Shown here one piece after another: positions 51,301 to 59,768 of a stretch of 64,000 nucleotides of DNA (positions within the stretch are counted from its first letter, which is position 1; the number at the start of each line of letters is the position of its first letter). This stretch comes from Macrostomum hystrix (lineage: Eukaryota > Animalia > Platyhelminthes), in assembly GCA_950097015.1 (NCBI GenBank), contig CATNEN010000038.1, positions 28,334,001 to 28,398,000 of the forward strand, read 5' to 3'. A program made the translations under genes and the position numbers. The notes beneath the pieces were generated by a model. That model saw only the letters and a list, made by a program, of their open reading frames with translations, was not told where the DNA came from and did not search any database.

Positions 51301-51555
51301 TTGACCTGTGTAGCGAAAATTAATTCTTGCCCGACCGCATAGCTCGATAAGTCGGTGAATTGCTTCGCAATTGATCATCTGGATGGCGTAGATGATGGCC
51401 TCCTCAATCGGCAGTGTCAAGGCTCGCTCCTCTGTGTAGACCGCGTGTCGTTTAATATCGGCATTCCGGCTATGCTTGATGTCGTCAAGAATTCTTCTGC
51501 TGATGTACAAACTGCTAGCAGAGCAGTGACTGCTCATACTACCAACAGTCTCCAT
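42353..51555 (-). CDS. Ankyrin repeat and SOCS box (ASB-like) protein, putative Elongin-Cullin5 E3 substrate receptor
   Basis: Exons 51555-51306, 50902-50373, 50083-49845, 44193-43798, 43522-43232, 42520-42353(stop). Multiple ankyrin repeats (D.RGRRFIHHAAESG, DADGWTPLLRAA, GETPLHLAV, GQTPLHLAA). C-terminal SOCS box PPRLTHLCRRVVRERIG...RIDQLPLPVRMKSYLLF. Confidence 0.9.
42537..42857. repeat. Minisatellite, 22-bp unit GCTATATAATAATAGTTAAATA
   Basis: About 14 perfect units in the last ASB intron. Confidence 0.95.
42858..43186. repeat. Minisatellite, 20-bp unit TTTGAGTCGCTAGAGATGCA
   Basis: About 16 units abutting the previous array. Confidence 0.95.
43570..43800. repeat. 45-bp (21+24) tandem repeat containing splice-donor-like motifs
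   Basis: Minus-strand units CAGGTA(G/A)AATGACAGATAATGGAGCAGGTATAACAGATGATGCAA. Confidence 0.85.
44228..45682. repeat. Minisatellite, 16-bp unit CCGTGTCT(C/T)A(T/A)CTCTC
   Basis: About 90 units in ASB intron 3. Confidence 0.97.
46310..49530. repeat. Minisatellite, 20-bp unit CCCATATGATCCC(T/A)AGCAA(T/C)
   Basis: About 160 units with degenerate flanks, in ASB intron 3. Confidence 0.98.
50143..50340. repeat. Minisatellite, 31-bp unit CAGCAGACACCCACCTCCAACCCTGAACCTT
   Basis: About 6 units in ASB intron 2. Confidence 0.9.
50912..51250. repeat. (GGATA)n satellite
   Basis: Fills ASB intron 1. Confidence 0.9.
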
Positions 51556-52084
51556 GCTTACAATTTTAATTTCTTTGAAGTTGTTTTTCTTCGAAAGTAA
51601 AAAAAAACTAAAAGTGGACTCAAATTCAGAAAATTTATATTTATATTATGCAGACGTGGGTGCTGGGTAAGTGTGGCTAGGGTTGGTCGCATTGGTCGGG
51701 AGCTAAGATTCAACGGACTGTGGCCACTAGGAGAGAGATTGCTAAATTACGCTTTGGGGTGAATGCAGCATGCTGTAGCTGAGCTAGAGGTTTTTCCTGT
51801 ACAAGAAAATAATCACCCCCAAACCTTTCTCTGCACTTACTGAGCTTTTTTACACACTGACAATGCTGTACAGGTAGGTGTACGCACCCACTCCCCTGAT
51901 TAAACATTGTTCTAGGCAAAGTACATGCCAACTCACGTCGCCTTCCCTAGAAAATTATTTGCCTCTTTTCTAATATTTTTTCGTCTAAAAAATTCTGGGC
52001 ACGTAGCTTTAGGCATGAGACACGACAGAGCCAAGTTTTAGTCAATTTAGTGTTTCAGTGGGTCACAATCTACTCAAGTCATGG

Positions 52085-52790
52085 AAATGGTCATTGCGAA
52101 CTAAAGGTCATAGAAAGGGTCATTGCGAAACTCCAGGTCATAAGAGCGGTCATTGCTAAACTCAAGTTCACGATATTAGTCATTGCTAAAATCAAGATTA
52201 TGAGAATGGTCATTGCTAAACTCAGGGTCATAGAAAGGGTAATTACAAAACTCAAGGTCATAGAAAGGCTCATTGTTAAACTCAAGTCATAGAAAGGGTC
52301 ATTGCGAAACACAATTGGTCACGGCAATGGTCGTTGCTTAACTTAAGGTCATAAGAGCGGTCATTGCTAAACTCAAGGTCATAGAAAGGATCATTATTAA
52401 ACTCAAGGTCATAGAAAGGGTCATTGCTAAACGCAAGGTCATAGAAAGGGTCATTGCTAAACGCAAGGTCATAGAAAGGATCATTGCTAAACTCAAGGTC
52501 ATAGAAAGGATCATTGCTAAACTCAAGGTCATAGAAAGGATCATTGCTAAATTCAAGTCAAAGAAATGATCATTGCTAAACTCAAGGTCATAGAAAGGAT
52601 CATTGCTAAATTCAAGTCAAACAAAGGATCATTGCTAAACTCAAGGTCATAGAAAGGATCATTGCTAAACTCAAGGTCATGGAAAGGGTCCATGCGAAAC
52701 ACAAGGTCACGACAATGGTCGTGCTTAACTGAAGGTCATGAGAGCTGTCATTGCTAAACTCAAGTTCATGAGACAATTCATTGCTTAAAA
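52085..52790. repeat. Minisatellite, 30-bp unit GGTCATAGAAAGGATCATTGCTAAACTCAA
   Basis: About 23 degenerate units upstream of the ASB gene. Confidence 0.9.
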
Positions 52791-52821
52791 TTGCTTCTCA
52801 TTGCTTCATAAGGGCATAAGA

Positions 52822-53030
52822 AGGGGGCGAGTGGCAGAGCGGTTAACGTGTTTGCCTCCCGCACCAAGGTCCCTGAGCTTGATTCCGCGGCGAGACCACA
52901 TCAAGTTGGGGTGCAGCCGCGGACGGAAGGCTTCTGCATGGCTTGTCGTGCAATTTACTGGCTTGGAGGGCCAACCTCCAAGGCACAGTGAAGTGAGCAC
53001 CGCCTGACGATAAGAATGTCTGGGCAGATG
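52822..53030 (+). mobile_element. SINE family A, 5' part with tRNA-like head
   Basis: GGGGGCGAGTGGCAGAGCGGTTAAC...GAGCTTGATTCCGCGGCGAGACCA. Confidence 0.8.
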
Positions 53031-53427
53031 AATGTTGAATGTCTTTACGAGTAAGTAAAACAAATTAACAATAAATATTAGATCATGACTAAAGTATTTT
53101 ATTTCAATATACTGGCAATGAATATAAAAAAATCATTAATACTCGTACGAATTAGAAGCTGATAAGACCAGTAATCATTTAATTTATCGAATAGTTTATT
53201 GTCGTAAAAGCTTTGTAGAAAACTTTTTTTATTGCCAATTCACACAGTCAACAGTCAGACTAAAAGTAAACACTTTATTCTTAGGCCAAATTAGGTCAAG
53301 CAGAAGAAGGCACTGATATAAACAATTTAGTATTTACATACAGGCTGCGAAAAACAGACAGTCGTCAACTTCTAATTTACCTAGAAGGACATGCAGATCT
53401 CTAAATCCAGGAAACAGAATTTTCAAA

Positions 53428-53890
53428 TATAAAATCCCAAATTTTCCATTCTAAAATCCCAAATTTCCCATTCTGAAATCCCAAATTTCCCATTCTAAAA
53501 TCCCAAATTTCCCATTCTAAAATCCCAAATTTCCCATTCTAAAATCCCAAATTTCCAATTCTAAAATCCCTAAATTTCCAATTCTAAAATCCCAAATTTC
53601 CCATTCTAAAATCCCTAAATTTCGAATTATAAAATCCCTAAATTTCCCATTCTAAAATCCCAAATTTCCCATTCTAAAATCCCAAATTTCCAATTCTAAA
53701 ATCCCAAATTTCCAATTCTAAATTCCCTAACTTTCGAATTCTAAAATCCCAAAGTTCCCATTCTAAAATGCCTAAATTTCCCATTCTAAAATCCCAAATT
53801 TCCAATTCTAAAATCCCAAAGTTCCCATTCTAAAATCCGTAAATTTCGAATTCTAAAATCCCAAATTTCTTATTATAAAATCCCTCAATT
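53428..53890. repeat. Minisatellite, 22-bp unit CTAAAATCCCAAATTTCCCATT
   Basis: About 20 units just 3' of the PHM stop codon. Confidence 0.9.
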
Positions 53891-53941
53891 TTTAAGTCTA
53901 AAGTCCTACGACTACGGTTTTTAATAAAAATAAAACTAAAA

Positions 53942-56211
53942 TCAGCTCAGATCAATCGCCTGCTTAGTAACCCAATCTGGAGCTTCTGACCAGATTCTGG
54001 CGCCTTCGGCACCGACGCACAGGTGACGCAGCTCCACCTTGCCAACATTGGCATCGTCCGGTCCAGCTGCAGGTAGATTATCAGATTGGTCCAATAGTTT
54101 ATAGACTAGCCAGGCATTGCACATCTCAATAGGTGGCTGGCTAACTGGCTGTTTGTTCGAGTTAATTGAGCACACTGTGGCAATGAGATCACCTGGTAGG
54201 ATTGTCAATCCTTTGGCACTAGAGTTAGTTGGATAATAGGCCTGCGGCAGTCTGGGATTAGCCTGGCCAATCAGGTGCCAGATTAACGGTTGCTGAGGCA
54301 GTTCAGGTCGGCGCACCCGATAGACGCTGACAAGTCGACCCAGCGAGTGAGTGTGCACCCTCAGTGCGAATGGCTGCAGTGGCAGTCTGCCGGTGTACTC
54401 GCAGCCCACCGTCAGGACGGAGCCGTCGATTGATTTGGCTGACACGGCTGACAGATGTACACCGGCCATCGACTGGTGAGCGGCTGGACTGCGCTGGTAG
54501 CCGAGGATAACACCCGGCAGGCTTGGTCGCTGAACCTGGCGGGACCTGAACTCATTCTGAACTGATGCTCGGCGACCGAGGCTTGAGTAATGAACCTGGT
54601 TGATGATCGAAGGGCTTCTTGGTGTTCGAATGGGATTTCTCAGTTGTGGGGGCTACCGAGAGTCTATAAGCTGACACCCGAACTTTCTCATTTTAAGCCA
54701 GTGTACGCTCGGCTCTCAAGGACGAGCCACCCCCGCCTTCGGGGAGTCAGTGGCACAGCGGTTAACGCGCAGGATCCAAGGTCCCTGAGCTCGATTCCGC
54801 GGCGAGGCCACACTCATTTTACGCCCTTGAAGGCCAATCTCCAAGGCACAGTGAGAGTGTACACTGTCTGACGATGAGAAAGTCAGGGCAGATGTACACA
54901 CCTGTGTGAGCGTGTGCCTGCGTCCAGTATCTGTGTGCGTGTGTGCTCAGGAGTCAGCGAAATGGGCAGAATTGCCTCCTCGCTGGCTGCGGGTCTAGTG
55001 TCACCAAATGATGTGCCATTGCCCGCAGCCCTCTTGCAATTATTATTATTATTATTATCCCGAGCCTTGTCTCCGCAGCTGCGCCCTGTGGCCTCGCCGC
55101 GGATTCGATCACGGGAAGTTTCTAACCTCGTTTTTTTGCTCTGACCCCCCCTGAGTGAGAGGTAAGGGAGTGGATGAAATTTTGTGTATGCAAGAGATGA
55201 TGAATAAGTAGAGAGAGGATAGCGAATGGATAGGGAGGGAGGGAGAGGGAGGGAGATGATAGATAGTTAGGGAGCGGATGATTGATAGGTAGGGAGTGGA
55301 TGATGAATAGGAAGGGAGCGGATGATGAATAGGAAGGGAGCGGATGATGAATAGGAAGGGAGCGGATGATGAATAGGAAGGGAGCGGATGATGAATAGGA
55401 AGGGAGCGGATGATGAATAGGAAGGGAGCGGATGATGAATAGTTAGGCAGCGGATGATAGACAGTTAGGGAGCGGATGATGAATGGATAGGGAGCGGATG
55501 ATGAATGGGTAGGGAGCGGATGATGAATGGGTAGGGAGCGGATGATAGATAAAAAGTACAGGTAGAGAGCAGCAAAGGATACAGTTCATATTCACCAACC
55601 TGCAGTACCAGGTGCCCTCCGCCGTAGTACTTCCGGTCGCCGACGGGCATAACAATGCCTTGCGGCAGGCGAAACGCCGGCGAGTAGCTTGAGTAGGCAT
55701 ACAGATACCGCAGCCCTACTGAGCACATCTCTTTGTTGGCGTTGCTAGGGGCCGATTTCTCATCGTCAGCTTCGGTCTCCCGACTATGGCCGCAATTCCA
55801 CCAACCGCTGTTGGCCGCACCGTCTGGCAGTTCGGCGCATTCAGCCAGGAGCATGTGGTGCAACACCGCATGGCTGCCAACGGTTGCTAGGCTAACTAAG
55901 TGTGGCTCAAATTCAACTACATATATAGGCTGAGTTGCCGAGGAGTTGTTCGCATCCTGAAGGCTAATTGATGTGCACAGGTAAGCACCAGGCTGTTGGG
56001 CAGGTAGAGCACTGGGCGGCAGATGAATGCTCATTGTATAGAGCCTTGCTGCACGATCTTCGTGTTGATCAGTATGGTAAGACGCTAGGGCTAATATCAG
56101 AAGCATTGCGAGGCAGACTAAAACCAGTGCAATGGCTTGCCTATTGCCGCGCAGTCTGCATCCGGGAAGTAGGAAGTTGCGACAGATACACCTGAGAATG
56201 GATTCCATCAC
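53942..56211 (-). CDS. Phm: Peptidylglycine alpha-hydroxylating monooxygenase-like (monofunctional PHM, copper type II ascorbate-dependent)
   Basis: Exons 56211-55600 and 54595-53942 join to give LVLQ|VHY. CuH ligands HHMLL and VHY; CuM ligands RVHTH and EMCN. Also YLC, P.LPQAYYP and ILPGDLIATVC. N-terminal hydrophobic anchor. No PAL domain. Confidence 0.9.
54739..55057 (+). mobile_element. SINE family A with (ATT)n tail in the PHM intron
   Basis: A-box AGTGGCACAGCGG, B-box GAGCTCGATTCC, tail CAATTATTATTATTATT. Confidence 0.85.
55270..55550. repeat. Minisatellite, 22-bp unit GGGAGCGGATGATGAATAGGAA
   Basis: About 12 units in the PHM intron. Confidence 0.9.
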
Positions 56212-56456
56212 TGTTCTGTTGCTGCTTTGTTGGTGAGTGTAGCAAGGAAGGCTATTATATAACAGACTATAGTTAGTTGTCTGTATTTATAGTGCATGCA
56301 GAGAATAGAAAGAGCGCGTCGTGTCTTCTATAACCATCATATCATATTATGCATAGCCCGATTTTTTATGCCTTTTCGTTTTCTCTTAGCTATTTTCCAT
56401 CCACGGAACAATTAAAGTCAGACCAACATTGGTGTACATTTGGCAAGTATCCTAAT

Positions 56457-58207
56457 AATAATAATAATAGTTACACTCCACGCCGACCACAGAAGTGGCC
56501 AAGAGGGGGGAGCGTCAAAACGCGCGTTTCAGTGCCAGGTCTCTGACGTGCTTCACGCCTGCCGCCTGGCTGGGTGCTCGGGCGTCTTCAAAAAGGCGGT
56601 CAATATAGCGGGCTGTACGTCCCTGGCCGCGCCTGCGCGGTCCCTGCGAGGTCCACAGCAGGACATCCTGCAGCGGCTCTGGGCAGTAGGCTTCGGCGCG
56701 GATGACATGCCCGGCCAGCCGCAGTCGCCGCTGACTCAGCAGGACAGAAGGCCGCGTTAGGCGCGCACGCTGGTACAGGGACTCGGTTGTCTCGCTGCCA
56801 GGGCCGCGGCGGGCGCCGAAAGCGGCGCGAACTAGGGCCGCATGCGCCGCGTCGAGCTGCGCCTCGAGCGCCCCGGTCATCGTCCAGGTCTCAGCATTGT
56901 ACAAGAGGGCGGTCTCGACAACTGCCTGGAACAGCTGGGACCTGGCGCCGTTCGACAGGGCCTCGGAGAGTAGCACCGCCCGCACAGAACGGTAGGCGGC
57001 CCAGGCCTTGCCGCGTCGTCTCGCCAGGTCGTCGCCCACGTCAGGCACCAGTCCGCCGAGGTAGACGAACTGACGGCACTTCGGGAGCACGGTCCCGGGG
57101 CCGTCACCGTCTCTTAGTCGAATCTCGGCAGGTAGGTTTTGCGGCACCGTCAGCACCTCGGTCTTCATGGCGTTGATAGCGAGGCCGACCCTCGCCGCCG
57201 CCGCAGTCAGGCCATCCAGCAGCCGTTGGGCGCCTTCGGCCGTCGTAGACAGCAGGGCAAGGTCGTCCGCGTAGCCGAGGACAGACAACTTCTTCTCCGG
57301 GTGCCGTCGACTAGTGCGTCTTTGAAGCAGAAAACCGTCCTCTGCAGTCGGCAGGCCGGTCCTGAGCACCCAGTCCATCACCAGCACGAAAAGAAAAGGC
57401 GCCAGGGTGTCACCCTGCAGCACTCCGGAGGTAGTGCTGAACAGGTCCGACGGTCCGTCTGGCGTCGCTACCACAGCGGTGGTGTCCTGATACAGTGCCA
57501 TGATGGCGGAGATCAGCTGCTGCGGTATGTTGTAGGCACGGAGCACGTGAGGCAGCGCGCCGCGGGCCACCGAGTCGAAAGCTTTGAGAAAGTCAACAAA
57601 GATGACGACAAGGCTTGACTGGTGGATGCGCGCCTCCTCGATGATGCGACGGAGGGCCAGGATCTGAGTCACCGTGCCGCGACGGGGCCGGAACCCATTC
57701 TGCTCGTACCGCAGAAACGAGTCCAGCACAGGCTGTAACCGTGCTAACAGCACCCGGTTGAACAGCTTCGCGGCACAGGACATGAGCGAGATCCCGCGAT
57801 GCTCCTCCTTCTTTGTAGTGCCCGGCTTCTTCGGGATGCCGACGATGGTGGCCTGGGTCCACTCGCGGGGCGCAGGGCCTCCCGCCAGGACGCCGTTCAT
57901 CACGCGGGCCACCTCGGTGGCAACCCTTGTGACTCGCAGTGCCTCTACGGGGACCTCATCCGGACCGGGGGCGCGGCCTCCCGGTGCCCTGCGGGCGAAT
58001 TCCACGATGTCGGTGCTGGTCACTGGACTGGTGTCGAAGTCCTCCTGCCGCGGTAGCGCCACCTCGGGGGGCAGCGGCATCTCGTTCGGCAGAGTCGGCG
58101 GCGGCGCGTTGACAATGGCGGCGAAGAAGGTGCGCAGCTCGTTTCTGCGCTCCTCGGCAGTATCGCCAGCCAGGTTGAGCGCCGCTTTCGTTTTCGTTCG
58201 TTTCGTT
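56457..58207 (-). mobile_element. 5'-truncated RTE-clade non-LTR retrotransposon with intact RT region, (ATT)n tail and 14-bp TSD
   Basis: RT motifs HRGISLMS, QNGFRPRRG, FVDFLKAFDSV, GVLQGDTLAPFLF, YADD, and an RTE-type C-terminus RRLRLAGHVIR..LLW. TSD GCAAGTATCCTAAT at 56443-56456 and 58208-58221. No APE domain is retained. Confidence 0.93.
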
Positions 58208-58227
58208 GCAAGTATCCTAATGTACAT
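56515..58227 (-). CDS. Reverse transcriptase ORF of the RTE element (endonuclease missing)
   Basis: Uninterrupted ORF in the track (586 aa). The first ~23 aa derive from flanking DNA and the TSD. Confidence 0.8.
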   Translation of the reverse strand: MYIRILATKRTKTKAALNLAGDTAEERRNELRTFFAAIVNAPPPTLPNEMPLPPEVALPRQEDFDTSPVTSTDIVEFARRAPGGRAPGPDEVPVEALRVTRVATEVARVMNGVLAGGPAPREWTQATIVGIPKKPGTTKKEEHRGISLMSCAAKLFNRVLLARLQPVLDSFLRYEQNGFRPRRGTVTQILALRRIIEEARIHQSSLVVIFVDFLKAFDSVARGALPHVLRAYNIPQQLISAIMALYQDTTAVVATPDGPSDLFSTTSGVLQGDTLAPFLFVLVMDWVLRTGLPTAEDGFLLQRRTSRRHPEKKLSVLGYADDLALLSTTAEGAQRLLDGLTAAAARVGLAINAMKTEVLTVPQNLPAEIRLRDGDGPGTVLPKCRQFVYLGGLVPDVGDDLARRRGKAWAAYRSVRAVLLSEALSNGARSQLFQAVVETALLYNAETWTMTGALEAQLDAAHAALVRAAFGARRGPGSETTESLYQRARLTRPSVLLSQRRLRLAGHVIRAEAYCPEPLQDVLLWTSQGPRRRGQGRTARYIDRLFEDARAPSQAAGVKHVRDLALKRAF

Positions 58228-58649
58228 TAAGGAGGCAAGGGGTTGAATGTACGCTTGGTTGGAAATTCCTGCCAAGGTCTAATCTCTCTCCCCACCATAG
58301 CCCCACCACCCCAAACTCAAACGCCGCATTCAAAGTGTCAAATTAATTTGAACGCTTGACAGCACCAAAAATGTTTAATACTGTCTTTGAGTATTTCAAT
58401 GTGTTTTGTAATTTAAAACAAATTATCTTTCACCTGCGCCTCGAATTGATCAATCTTAGACACTATTTTAGATTGAAAGTAATGAGAACAAGCCCGAGCT
58501 GAAACAACGACTAGGGTCCTTATTCGTTCACTTACTATTGTCGCTACTTAACTTGACTATCACATAGTTTCGTATCTCTAAGCCATTTTGTTTTAACAGG
58601 TTCTTTACTTTCTATGCTAAACACTCTGCTAATGTATGATTGATTAACC

Positions 58650-59562
58650 TGTCAATTTATTCTCTACCTGATAGATTTACCTGTTAGTCTATGGTCTTAC
58701 CTGTTAAATTTACTGGTTGATCTATGATCTGCTTGTTAGATTCACCTATTAGTCTATATGGCCTTTACCTGTTAGATTCACCGATTTAATCTATGGTGTA
58801 CTTGTCAGGTTTACCTGTAAATCTATTGGTCTTATCTCTTAGATTCAACTGTTAATCTATGGTCTTATCTGTTAGATTCACCTGTTAATAATCTATGGTC
58901 TTATCTGGTAGATTCACCTGTAAATCTATTAGTCTTATCTCTTAGATTCACCTGTTAATCTATGGTCTTATCTGTTAGATTCACCTGTTAATCTATGGTC
59001 TTATCTGGTAGATTCACCTGTTAATCTATGGTCTTATCTGTTAGATTCACCTGTTAATAATCTATGGTCTTATCTGGTAGATTCACCTGTTAATCTATGG
59101 TCTTATCTGTTAGAAACACCTGTTAATCTATGGTCTTATCTGTTAGATTCACCTGTTAATAATCTATGGTCTTATCTGGTAGATTCACCTGTTAATCTAT
59201 TGGTCTTATCTGTTAGATTCACCTGTTAATCTATGGTCTTATCTGTTAGATTCACCTGTTAATCTATGGTCTTATCTGTTAGATTTACCTGTTAATCTAT
59301 GGTCTTATCTGTTAGATTCACCTGTTAATCTATGGTCTTATCTGGTAGATTCACCTGTTAATCTATTGGTCTTATCTGTTAGATTCACCTGTTAATCTAT
59401 GGTCTTATCTGTTAGATTCACCTGTTAATCTATGGTCTTATCTGTTAGATTCACCTGTTAATCTATGGTCTTATCTGTTAGATTCACCTGTTAATCTATG
59501 GTCTTATCTGGTAGATTCACCTGTTAATCTATGGTCTACCTGTTAGATTGACCTGTTGATCT
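58650..59562. repeat. Minisatellite, 33-bp unit TCTATGGTCTTATCTGTTAGATTCACCTGTTAA
   Basis: About 27 units, degenerate at the left edge. Confidence 0.95.
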
Positions 59563-59768
59563 TTGGTCCAGAAGTACACGAAAATACATGACAAAATTCT
59601 TTTTGCACTGATCCCAGAGACACAAGTATAATTAATAATAAGACAAAAGCCCGCTCTCGCTTTATCAACAAAACGAGCGTGACCCAGCAGATCATAGAGG
59701 GTCAATTGTAAGCAAGTTTATAAAACAGGAATGTTCAATTGCTTGGCCGGTGTGATGTGAGCAGTGAT

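Noticed and set aside
54860-54900. CTGACGA-TGA-GAAA-GTC in SINE A resembles a hammerhead ribozyme core
   Set aside because: Stems II and III are absent. The segment folds better as a simple CTGAC/GTCAG hairpin.
55010-56515. SINE A as the partner of this RTE (both have (ATT)n tails)
   Set aside because: Beyond the tail only CCCTCTTG is shared, which is insufficient 3' homology to claim a partnership.
56440-58246. Plus-strand ORFs overlapping the RT
   Set aside because: Antisense shadows of a GC-rich coding sequence.
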